Shown piece by piece: positions 37,011 to 48,878 of a stretch of DNA of 64,000 nt. Below the pieces are notes generated by a model. That model saw nothing but the letters and a program-made list of their open reading frames with translations. It ran no database searches and was not told the origin of the DNA. Numbering within the stretch: the first letter of the stretch is position 1; each line of letters opens with the position of its first letter. Position numbers and translations under genes: made by a program. The DNA lies in assembly GCA_031835245.2 (NCBI GenBank), contig JAVKOQ020000007.1:1-64000 (forward strand). Reading direction: 5' to 3'. Origin of the DNA: Balamuthia mandrillaris (taxonomy: Eukaryota).

Positions 37011-37669
37011 CTTTCTTTTTCTTTAACTTCTATTTGTTTTTCGTGAACAGTTTTTTTTAAACTTTATACTCTCTCTGGATGGCTTTATAGGAATGGGCGG
37101 GAAATGCTTGCGTGTTGGTCAAAGTCCTTGCGTGGCAGTCAACCACAACGCCAGGTTCAAGCCTCCCTTGGAGGCGCCTGTGGTGAAGAAAGTCAAAGGA
37201 AAGAGATCGGTGCGACCACCGTTGGTGGTGGTAACGCATTTGCCGGGCAAAACATCAGCAAACTGCCAATCTATGTGAACTTTCTTTCGTTTGGTTTTTT
37301 CTGTGTTCTCGTCACAACACTCACTACCAGTGGGCGTTCATTGGGCAACCTTTAGCATGACACATGGAGCTTGTTCTTTTTCTGATGATCCCTTCTTCCT
37401 CCCTCCGATCTGGATTGCATCTTACCACCACTATGCACTATGCAGGCGAACGTCGGGCTATCATGTTTTTGTCCCGGTTCTATGTTCGGGTGGAATGGAC
37501 ACACCAGTGCTGCAATCTTTGGAGCAGAAGTGGAACGGGTACCTTCGCAAGCGACGCTACTGTCTTGTTTTTCGTTGCATGTATTTGTCAACATGCACAA
37601 AACTGTATATTTGGAGCACCGGAGAAGGCCAGTACTGCCCTCCTATCAGTCTAACAGGCGTTTTGTCCG

Positions 37670-38967
37670 TTATCTCAAAGTGGGTCCACGCCTGACGGCC
37701 ACCATTTTGCCCATCTTTCTTCTTGGCTCGGGGTGCTTTCGTTGGGTGAAGTCGATGCAGACGCAATGGCCCTGGCCGACGTGCTCCTCCAACTCGGATT
37801 GGTTGGTCACATAGTGGACGTGCTCCTTGCATGCGCCGCATAACCTCTTGACCTCCATGTCAAACGAGTCCCTTGGTACTGAATAGTCGGGCTTGAGTTG
37901 TTCCCTGTTTGGATAATAAGGTACAGAAGAAGGATAAAAGGGTTATAAGCAAAGTGATAAAGAGAGGACAGATAAACAAAACAAAAAATACAAACCATAC
38001 TAACGGACATTGAAACTCCCAGTCGCAGTTTTCGATGGGATGAGCACCACCAGAAGCGTATAGGGTTTCTCGATGACCATACTGCTTGAGAGCCTCCTCT
38101 CTGAGCATGAAGAACTTGAACCAGCTCCTCATCTTGAGATTGGGGTTCTGTTGGGGCCACCGCTGCAGGAATAGTCTTTGCCAGATGCTGTTGTCGACCA
38201 CCAACCCTTGGAAGGCTTTGCAGACTAAGCCGATGGAGACTGCCTCCTTTGGCGTTGAGATGGCGCCGTCGAAGATCCCTATAATATGGGAGTTAACGTG
38301 TCAGCTCTTTTGGTGAGTTTTTTAATTTTAGAAAAAAGAGAAGAAAGAGAAGAATGCGGGGAGAGCTCAGTAAGTTTGGAGAAGAGTGGATAAAGAATCG
38401 TACTCAGAAGAACTTCGGCTGGAATATCTGTCAAGTGAGTGCTTTGACCAGGAGAATAGATATCTTGTAATGCAACGACGTGCAGGTGAAGAGTAGCATA
38501 TAAAGAGTGGTATCAAACAAGAATTAGGTTAGAATAACGACAAGAACAAGAAGCAAAAAGAGAAAGGTACCAGGACAATTGGCAGCAGTCCTGAACATGC
38601 CACCCACATCAAATACAAAGCCTTCACTTCCAAAGTTCGTCTGCAACTCCACCTTGCCACACACTCCCACCACTGGCACGTATGGCAAGGCACGGTCCAT
38701 GTCTCTCTCCACCACAGCCACCAGGTCATAGTTGAGGGTGAAGAAGAGCTCTCCTCTGTTGGTGATGCCACACCCCAGGGTGTCTCCTGCTCGCATCACA
38801 TCACGCCTTCCCGAAGCAGCCAGAGCGAGTTGGCTCTCTGACTCGGCGGATCCTGCAAAATAACACCAGTCGTCGCTGTGAAACCCATATGTCCTTTTGA
38901 TAAACAAGATACAAGTCAAGAAAAGAATAGAACGACAAGAAGTAAGAGAGAGGAGAGCAGAGGAGAG

Positions 38968-39011
<44 letters not shown>

Positions 39012-40497
39012 GATAGCAGTAATGTACCCAGCTAGCCAACCAGGAAGAGCTCCCTTCGCAGGAAATGTACGTTTAGTGGTTAATCCCACGGCCACCAATC
39101 TGAATGCATATCAGAGCATGCAATCTCAGCAATTGCTTCCAATTTCTCTAGAAGCCAAAAAAGAAGGAGGAAAGGAACGTACGCTTTGGGTGGCAGGCGA
39201 AGAATGGTGACCTCGTAGAAACACACCATGTTGTGCAGGATCCAGAATGCTGCATTTCCTTGAACCGCTTGTTGGTCTCCTCGACACTCGTTAAGGAGTA
39301 ACGCTTTGTTTTCCAAGAAAGAGAATGCAAGGCGAAGAGAGTGAGAGAGAAAGAGAGAGTAAAAGGATATTATTTCAAGCTCGCAGTCTTTGGTTGACAT
39401 GTTGTCCAGGCTCTTGCCCTTAATCTTCAACGTGGAATCCATGGCCTCCTGTGGCGCACTCCATCCCGTAGGAACAGTCTTATAGCTCGTCTCACTATCA
39501 AACATGCAGTTCACGTCAAAACGAAAGGCTTGCTGGCCAAAGTTTGCCACGAGGCTCACGCCTGGGCCATCCACGCCAATTATAGGAGTGCACACGGTGT
39601 TCTCATCAAGCTGTAACGCTCTAGCGACAAGGGTAGTATTCACGGTGAAGAAGAGCTCTCCTCCGTTGGTGAGCCCGCAGCCGATGGTGTCGCCGGCCTG
39701 GATGCGTTTGGCTTGAGGGTAGCTGGCCCTGGGTTGGCCCGCTCCCCCAAAGTAACTCCAGTCATCACTATGAAACCCATGCGTCCTGTTGTCGTGTATC
39801 CTAGAGGTAAGGAGGAAGGACCAAGCGGTAGAGGAAGAAGCAGCAGCAGCAGCAGAAGAAGAGGAAGAAGAACGAAGAAGAAGCAGAAGAAGAAGAAGAA
39901 GAAGAAGAAGAAGAAGAAGAAGAAGAACAAGAAGAACAAGAACAAGAAGAAGAAGAAGAAGAAGAAGAAGAAGAAGAAGAAGAAGAAGAAGAAGAAGAAG
40001 AACAAGAAGAAGAAGAAGAAGAAGAAGAACAAGAAGAACAAGAAGAAGAAGAAGAAGAACTGTACCCAGGTAACCAGCCAGGCAGAGCGCCGTTGGACGG
40101 AAAGCAGTCGCAACGGGTGGTGAAACCTACCGCAATCGTTCTGCGCGGTAAAAAAAAAAGAACAAAAGTTTTAATACTAAACACTTTTTGTTTTACAAAG
40201 AGTAGAGATGGAAGAACGAACGTTCCCGAAGCCAAACTGGATATGGTCACCTCAAAGAACGAAACGCCGCCTGTCCCGGCCCGAAAGGAACCATTGGCTT
40301 GCACCGCTTAAGAACAAAGTTAAAGAAGCCTCTTTTATTTATTCCCAATCCGAAGAAGCTTGCTTTTTTTTATAAAAAAAAAAGGATATCAATGGCTGCC
40401 CAACGGGTGCTTTGATATTTTTGAGCTTGAGTCCTTTCACGGACAGCTTCGACGAGGAAGGCGACCCGGACGACCAACCTGTGGGTGGTCCTTCCAT
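37670..40497 (-). CDS. SPRY-SPRY-F-box-Cys/His domain protein, paralog B
   Basis: Same exon order and motifs as paralog A (MEGPPTGWSS.., HPIENCDWEFQCPLVW, LCGACKEHVHYV..GHCVCIDF). Confidence 0.85.
39855..40059. repeat. Expanded intronic (CTT)n microsatellite in paralog B
   Basis: About 200-nt AAG/AAC tract. The equivalent intron in paralog A (36551-36580) has only a short tract. Confidence 0.85.
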
Positions 40498-40534
40498 CTT
40501 CTTCCCTGCTTAATTCCCGTTAATATAACTATTT

Positions 40535-41604
40535 TTATTTATTTATTTTTGTAACGTTTTCTTCGTCTCGCCTTTTTCCGTGTCGTCCTGAAAAAATTTC
40601 AGGACGACACGGCACGCGCATACTATTCGCCCATTGCTCCTGTAATGCTATCAAAAGTTTCGAATTGCGGCGCACCAACCAGCTTCGACGATGACTACGG
40701 GAGGGCCGGTAACACGAGATGAAGGTGAAGTCGATGCAAACGGGATGGCCTTGGCTCATGTTCTTCTCCAACGAGCGTTGGTTGGTCACAAAACGGACGT
40801 CCTTGCTGCACGCTGAGCAAACCCGTTCCATCGCAAAGTCGCCGGTTGGTGCCATTGAATATTTTCCCCCCAGGTTTTCCCTTTTGTTTTTGTCAAGAGC
40901 AGAGAGTATCGAACAACTTGTTAGCAAAGCACAAACAAAGGCAAAAGCGTTGCCTTGTTTGTGACCAACCATATCAATGGGCATTCCATCTCCTGCTCAC
41001 AGTTCTCGATGGGATGGGCACAGCCGAGGGTCAAAGCAGCTGCTTTGTGCTGGTCGTGCTGGAGTACAGCCTCGGCTCTGAGCTTGAAGAACTTGAACCA
41101 GCTCCTCATCTTGAGGTTGGGGTTCTGCTGGGGCCAATGCCCCTGGAACAGCCGTTGCCACATGTTGTTATCCAGCACGAGCTCTTGGAAGGCTTTGCAG
41201 ACTAAACCGATGGAGATGGCATCTTTTGGCTTCAGAATGGCAGCGTCGAGAATAACTGTCACGTTAAAAGGTTAAATAGGAGACTGGTAAAATAGGAGAA
41301 AAGGATTGGAAAAAACAAGAAAAGAAAAAAGAAACACAGTGTAACTCAACGCACTCAAAAGTAGCTCGACTGGGATGTCGCTGATGCTTCTTCTGTCCGC
41401 TTCTTCGCTTTGTTACAGTTTCAGTCAAAGAAAACGTACGTGCTGCAGCAGCAAAAACGCTGATTATGCATTTGAAAAAAACGAAAACAAAAAAAAGGAT
41501 ATCAGCTCTCCGCCGTTGGGAAAGTCATTGTGGATCTCACGTCCCCGAATGGCCAACTTGCACGAGGACAGCTGTTCGGGTGACCAACCTGCAGGTTCTT
41601 CCAT
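40535..41604 (-). CDS. F-box-Cys/His domain protein, paralog C, lacking the SPRY domains
   Basis: Exon 1 MEEPAGWSPEQLSSCKLAIRG is homologous to A and B. It joins directly to SISDIPVELLL..KDAISIGLVCKAF..HPIENCEQEMECPLIW..CSAC..GHPVCIDF. Confidence 0.75.
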
Positions 41605-41841
41605 CTTCCTTATTGTTTATTGTTGTTTTGCTTCACCACTTTGCTGGTTTTATTGTTTGAGCCTCTCTATGAATTCCGTGAGCCCAACTCCGGGGCTTTC
41701 TGCTATGTTAATTAATTGGGTTCAATAAAAAGATGCTTCTCAATCTCACGTGTTAGCTCACCTCTTCCTTGTTTCGGCAGGCTTTTTGAAAAGAATAACG
41801 CAAGGCAACTTTAAAAAGATTTACATGCAATATTTAAAAAG

Positions 41842-43351
41842 TTAGGTACTTTCATGCTCTTCTTCCTCCCATGTCGTTATCTCTGGGCGTCCCCAAGTAA
41901 ATAGAGACATACGAGGAAAGGAAGAACTGCCCCAGTTCAAGTCGCTGGTGGTATTGGTGACAATGCTCCAAACATAGGGCGTGAAGAATTGGCGTGGATT
42001 CTCTTCTTCCTCATAAGTAAACTGTAACGGGTAGTCCTGTTTAATGTACACATCAGTTTATTTAAGTGGTTTGCTTCAGGCGAAAGAAAGTTAATGTACG
42101 AACCATTTGTTTTACAGCCCTGGAGCCTCGTTCAATGGCCTCAAGCACTATATCCGTTGTCCATTCTGTAGGAGCTGTTGTACGTTGTAACAAGGACTTG
42201 AAATGATTCATCACCTTAAATAATTATTGTGTTAGTTTTAAACAACAAGAAAAACAGAAATTGAAGAAAAAGAAGAGAAAAAGTGAATAGAAGAAATAGC
42301 AAACGGTGAGAAAATAAGTACCGCTTCAATGTTTCTCACCAAAGGAAGAAACCGTGAATGCATTCTATAGGGAGCAAATATTTCAGATTCTTGGAGAAGA
42401 GCGTAAGAGAGATGAGGATTCTTTCGAAGAGAGTTCATTAAACATGAGTTCAGAATTTCCAAGACGATGTGCATAAAGGATTCAGAGATGGCGACATCCT
42501 GACTCTGTTTTTTAACCAGGTAAACAAAGAAAAAAAAGTCAGAAATAATACCAATGGCGAGAAAGAAAATAAAGGAAAAACAGAGAAACGAAGAAAGACT
42601 CACATGATCTTCAACGCTTTGAACAATGACCGGACATTGTTGACGTCGGTCACGTTCTGCATCGTTTTTGTCCGGTGTTGTGTTCTGGTGAATCGCGTTT
42701 GTTGAAGAAAAAGTTTCGTTGGCTTCAGCAACGGGTGTAACTACAGGAGTGATAGACTTGGGCGGCATTGGCGCTGTCTGTCCCACCTGAGCGGAGCTCT
42801 CGCACTTCCTCAAGAACAGGGCATGCTTCTTGGCAATCATGCCAAATAGTTTGACCAGGCGATGGGCGGCGTAAGGGTGCAAATCCTCAAAGCTGGCTGA
42901 CATGTTTGCCAGCGTGGCCAAACAGTTGAGGTGCAAGTAGGTATCCTGTTATAACAACATTTGTTACTTTGGAAGATAACAGAAAAAATATCATAGAAAT
43001 GCTAACGCACCCTCATCTTGCTAAGATTCATTTGAACAGTTCGAACCAGAACGATGACGATGAGGCTTCCAAGTCTGATCTTTTGAAGAAACCGTTCCTT
43101 AAACCACGGAACGGTCGGCACGAACTTGCCATCAGCAATCAGAACAGTGAAAAAGGTGTCAGGGCAAACTGAATAATCAACTTAGGATAAAACATAAAAT
43201 ACCAAAGTTTGAACATTTCTGTTAAAAAGTTGATCTTGGCTAAGAATAAGAAGGCAGATAAGAATCATGTAGATATGCTTTTCTTGGGGTTTGTCTTCTA
43301 TAGACGAATACAAGAGATGCAACATTGGTAATAACTGGAAATAAAGGTCAG

Positions 43352-43392
<41 letters not shown>

Positions 43393-45330
43393 GGAGAGAG
43401 CGAAGAGTATGTACCAAAGTGTCATTGTCTGTACGAGAAATTAAATAAGCGAGGAACATAGAATTCGTGTGAAGAAGAAGATAGAGTAACAAAATGGAGG
43501 CATCCTCATGGAGAGTAACCGTCAAAACTTGAAAAAGTTCCTTGAAGGATACGCGTGCCACAAGTACGCTTGAGCCTTCCACATCTTCGGTATCAACTGC
43601 CATTTTGAAGCATTCAGTTAGTTGTTGTCGTTTGAAAGAACGAGGAGAGAACGAGAGAGAGAGAGAGAGAGAGAGAGAGGACGCACAATAAAGATCGTGA
43701 AGCGAGCCAATTTGAGAGCGATAAGGATTCTGAGAGAAGTTAACATGAGTAGGAGAGGCATGGTGGGCCAAAGCGAGCAGAACGCAAAGGCTGGTATCGG
43801 CCAATGCTCTTCCTCTATTCAATTCTCTTTGAGGAATGCTGCTTCCAGCAGCTGGTTCGGTGCTAGAAGAGGAAGTAAACATGTATGTATATGCATTCCA
43901 TGGTAAAAAGATGATCGATGCTATGAACGATAAAGGAGAATATCAATAATAGAGAAAAAAAAAGGAACTAAAGGTAAAAGACGTGTAATAAAGAAATGAA
44001 CAAAAAGAAGGAAAAATGAAAGAGAAAAGAAGAATAGAAGAACTGAGGAGTAAAGTACAAGCAGCGGTGCCAATGGTAGAGATCAAAGAAGAATCAGAGG
44101 AAGGATCTGGTTTCTGTCGATGATAAATATAGTTTTCAAACATAGTTTGCACAAATTCAGGTATTCGACCGTATTCGTAGCTCAAGTCGAGAAAGAGGTT
44201 GTACTCTTGTGCTCTCCTTCTTCGTCTTCTTCGTTTGCTTTTGTCATGTTCTTCTCTTCGTGTGTGCTCTGTTGCGTGCTCTTCTTCGGTTTCCACGTGT
44301 GTCGTGGAGGAAGGAATAGATTGATACAACTGAGTTGAGAACAGAATAAGCAGGACGTTTAATATCTCCACGTGATGTTCGTAGTTTTCTGCTCTGTTAT
44401 TGTTCGTGTCAGAAGGAAATCACATAGAAACAAAAGATGAAAGAGAGGGAGAGCAGAGAAGAGCAGAGCAGAAAGAAGCACTGAAGTAGCAAAGTGAGAG
44501 AAGAGAGAACAAGAGAACAAGAGCACGAAAGAAGCAGATAAGAGAGCTGTACTGTATTTCATTGTCGATGCAAAAGTCCATCAAGGCTTGTAACAACTCA
44601 AAAGCCAACGGTGGGAATGCCCCACCATTCTCCTGCTCCAAGTCTTCTTCTTTCTCCTTCCTCTTCATGGTATCTTCTTCGTGTGGCTCTCCCTGTTCTT
44701 TGGCAAAAAACTGTGAGAGTTGCTGCTGCTGTTCCTCTTTCGTCGAAGTCGTTGTTGGAACCGTGAAGCGAGCAACAAAGTACTTGCAAAAGACACGTAG
44801 CAAAAAGAGAGCATTGAGCAGTTCGATGGACTCAGAGGAGGTTTGTTGTGGAGTTGAGAAAGTAGAAGAAGAGGAAGAAGCCGTTGAAGTTGACGTTTGT
44901 TGTGAAGGAGAAGAAGTAGTAGTATAGTTTTGTTGTTGCTGATGTTTGAGAAGAACGCGTTTGTGCGGCGTGTCAGCAGCAGAGTGACTGTAGAGAAGAT
45001 GGATCGTATGGCGAACCAGTCGTTGAAAGTTTTTCGTTTTAGGATTATTTGTAGCTGCTCAAAACCAATTCACAAAAGTAAGTAGGAGCAAAAAAAGAAG
45101 ACTAAGAAGAACAGTCCCATACCAAAACGTTGGCAAAGCTGTTGAGTTACTTCTTCGAGTTGCTCTGGGTCGATCTGGTTGAGTTGAGTGCCCAGGCCAG
45201 CGAGCAAGGCGTTCCAGCGGGTGTGCTCCTCTGCGTCACCCAACAAGGTGGAAGCAAAGTTGGTGGGGCCTGTCAGTCGGTCCAAGTGCTCGTTGGCAAG
45301 CCTGCCTGCCGTGGAACCGCCTATCCCCAT
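41842..45330 (-). CDS. DYM: Dymeclin, multi-exon
   Basis: Myristoylation-type start MGIGGS; NNPKTKNF, LLLYLLLH.N, YLHLNCLATLANMS..LHPYAAHRLV, LEILNS..NPHLSYALL, LQFTYEEEENPRQFFTPYVWS. Confidence 0.9.
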
Positions 45331-45695
45331 GGCTTGCGTTCCCTTTTTTATTGTTTTTTTCTTTCTTCTTTTCTTTTAATTGCACTTTTTTCTTTTGGGC
45401 GATGACATTTCGTGTCGTCACGGTAAATTGTCTACAAGAATATTAATGCTGTTCTTTCGTGCCAGGCCCCAAAGTGTCCATGACCCGCGACACACGCGTG
45501 TCCGGCCTGCGGAGAACCGCAGGGAAGCGCTGAAAAAGGAAAAACGCACTCCAGGAAATTTCGCACTTCCTGCGCGTGAGACAGTCATCGTTAGCAGGGA
45601 TAAGACTCGGTGGGGGTCCCGCCGTTCGACAATGTTGCCCTGACCTGGTGGGTTCGCCGTCAGGCCAAATGCTTTTGCATTACCAAAATCGATAA

Positions 45696-46775
45696 ATGGC
45701 AACAAATTATGGAGAGAGAGTGCAGAAGAAACCTATGAAGAACGCAAAGGGCAGAAGCAAGGATAAGCTGAATTGGAGGGACGTGGGCGTTGCACTTCGT
45801 GAGCTCAACGGAGGAACCGAGGTCATCACATCCGGTTGGTTGTTTCGGTTCGTCGTTTCTATCCATTTTCTCTCCTGTTCTTTTTCTTCTTCCTCTCCCT
45901 CTTCCTCTTCCTCCTCCTCCTCCTCCTCTTCCTCTTCCTCTTCCTCTTCCTCTTCCTCTTCCTCTTCCTCTTCCTCTTCCTCTTCCTCTTCCTCTTCCTC
46001 TTCCTCTTCCTCTTCCTCTTCCTCTTCCTCACAGTCAAAAAAAAAGTTGTGGCAATATGGACTATTCCACTAAGAGAGAGCTTAGGGGTTCGGAAACCGT
46101 TATCAACCTTCGTCAAGTCGCCGACCTTGGCTCTCAACAACAACCACGAGCAGCTTCTTCCTCCTCCTCCGCCAATCGGAACCGATGGATGGCCGGGGAG
46201 GACGCCAAGGAATGGCTGCACTGCCCGGTCTCGAAGAAGGTGGACAAGTATGACACGACGTTGCCGCAGGTAAGGGAGTGGTTGGCCACTGTAATGAACA
46301 TTTTCGAGAGGGAAGACCTTCACTTTCCAGTCCTTATTCATTGTGCCAAAGGTAGGTTCTTGCTCGTAATGTGGTTTTTCTTGCTGCTTCGTTCCTTCTT
46401 TCGTGCTTCTTTTCTTCCTTTATTCCTCTTTCTTCTTCGTTCTTCGTTCTTCTTCTCACAAACGCGACAACAAAACCAGGGCGAGACAGAACAGGTGTGG
46501 TGGTAGCGACGTTGCTTCGCATATTGGGCGTTCCTCGCTCTCTCATTGTACAGGAATACTTGCTGACTAGCGGCACTCACGAGAGCAGCATTTTGACGAC
46601 GTTGGATGGAATTGAGGCTGCGAGTAATGGTGGAAGCATAGAGAAATACTTTCGGAAGAAAGTAAACGTAGCAAAGATTCGCCGTAACTTATCTTCAAGA
46701 GTTGTTTCTTCTTCTTCTTCTTCTTCTTGTTCTTCTTCTTCTTGTTTTTCTTCTTGTTCTTCTTCTTCTTCTTGA
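45696..46775 (+). CDS. Tyrosine/lipid phosphatase (Y_phosphatase3/IphP-like)
   Basis: NWRDVG, VINLR, PVLIHCAKG|RDRTGVVVATLL..LGVP..IVQEYLLT (HCxxGxDR motif split by an intron). The start may be 45696 or the next Met. Confidence 0.85.
45893..46030 (+). repeat. Intronic (TCTTCC)n hexanucleotide repeat
   Basis: Visible tract in intron 1 of the phosphatase gene. Confidence 0.9.
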
Positions 46776-46858
46776 CTGCAATCTACAAAATGAACAAGTT
46801 CCTCTTCTGCTTCTTTCTTTAAGGTGAAGGAAAGCGTGAAAGTTCTCGTTCGTCTTCT

Positions 46859-48364
46859 TCATCTCTGCTCAAGTAATGCGCATCTATTGCAAGCTTTCAT
46901 CAGTTTTTTCACCCAACAACAGAAGGAAGAAGAAAAGGAGGGCAGGGGTTTCTCACCTCTGTGCGAGTCTTCCCAAAGGATTATTTCATCTTCGTTCAAC
47001 AATCCAAAACAAGAAGTTCTACTGTCTGAATAGTGTTGCTTGTTTCGAAAGTTGGAAATGATACGATCCAACTTATAGAACAGCATCGTAACAGCGGCAA
47101 CACCGATTAACAATCCCAAAAAGTGGATCACGAAGGAGAACATTCCGTTCATCTCTGCAATATATGATCATCAACAAACTGGCAACCGACAAGAGAGAGA
47201 GAGAGAGAGAGAGAAGACGCACTGGACATCTTCTCAGGATCGTCTTCATTCCAAAGGAGAGCGAGGTTCCATGTGAACACACCGGCTTGCATCAGCGTGA
47301 GGCCAGACAGAAACGGGAAGGGCGTTGCATACACCTTAGGGTTCAGGTACATCGATCTCACCTTTCTACATTTGTTTCGTGGTTTTGTTTTGACGAAGAG
47401 TTATTTCTTTTGTTAGTAACGCAAACAGGGAAAGAGGCGGGAAGAGGAAGTTACGACAAAACATACCTGTACCGAGGGTTACAGGTGAAGCGCTTTTCTG
47501 GCTTGTCTTCGTGGAGGTGGCACTCCGGCCTTTGGCTTGGAGGACGGTCCGTGAAGAAGCCAACCATGTACTCTGCCATTATGCACTACACAAGATTGAA
47601 TAAGGTGCGCCACCAGGCATGAACTTAGAGGAGGAAGAGGAGAGTACCAATCCAGCGAAAATGAACATCCAGCCGCAGGCCTTATGCCCAAACTCAAAGT
47701 ATCCGTTGTGTTGCGGATGATTGTGCCAAAAGTAGCCAAGCACACACCACGTCGATGGCCAGATCTGTTATGCGTGTGGAGTAAGCCTCTCAACCTATTC
47801 TTTCTCTTTCCTCTTGTCGCTATCGAGCACAAAGCTCATCTCTCTTCTCTCTCTCTCTCTCAACCTTGCTCTCTTTCCCTGCCTCCTCTTTTTCTCTTCT
47901 CGGTCTGTCTTTGCACTCATGCACACACCAAACGAAATAACATACCAGGCTCCAAGCAACTCCCTTCAGCCTGTGGAGCTGGTGCAGGAGGCCAATGCTG
48001 CCGGTGACCATGAACATGGCGGCCATCATAAAGTGGTTGATGTTCACGTGGCTGAACCAGTCCGTCATGAATATGTACTCCACTATAAAGTGTCCCGTCC
48101 TGTTGGTATTGTTCATTTCATTTTTAGTTTTTAAATTTTTTTCGTTTTTAGATGTAAATTTTTAAATTATTTTTTGTGGTAACTCAGGAGAAAACAGAAA
48201 CGAAGAACGTACCCTCCTAAAAGAGTGGACCATGCGGGCAGGGTCACCCAGGCAGGGTGCTCGCGGAAGGGGCGGAGGGTCTCCAGGTCCAGCGACCTGA
48301 GGAAGAAGAACAGGCCCATGAAGAACCAAAAGGCCCCCACTTCAATGTGTCCTTGAACCGACAT
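46859..48364 (-). CDS. Multi-pass membrane protein, TMEM45/DUF716-like
   Basis: MSVQGHIEVG start, several transmembrane segments, and family-like histidines (NHFMM, WHNHPQH..GH). Confidence 0.6.
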
Positions 48365-48878
48365 GATTATTGCCCTGCGCGCTCCTCCTATTCTCTTCTT
48401 TCTCTTGCTTGTTTAAGCTTTTGCTGACGAAAACAAATGTTTGATACGAAGCAAGGTGACGCCTTTGGTGTTTTGTTCGGTTGTTCGTTCGATTGAAAAA
48501 CAAAAAGTTGCATTCAGTTTTCAATCACGTTTTTGTCAAGTAGAGGAAGCCTTATAGCGAGTGGCTAACACGGCACAAGGCCACCGAAACGACGCTCCCC
48601 CAACAAGTCCTCCAAACAACAACAACAACAACATAAAAAATAGCCGATGCTATGCAAGTCAATCATCACAGTGTTTTCCGACGTTTTTCCGTGTAGTTTC
48701 CTCCGGTTTGAAACCCGCCTATTTATATGTCGACAGCGGGTGCTGATGTCATTCCATGTCTACAACAAATAAGGGTGATGATGTCACATAGTCGACACAG
48801 AATGGAAGACAGGAGAGAGGACATGAGAGCAGTACAATAAATTATGCAAAATAGAAAAGAAAAGAAAAAGAATAAAAG

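Noticed and set aside
37382..37430. Hammerhead ribozyme core CTGATGA
   Set aside because: No stem II followed by GAAA.
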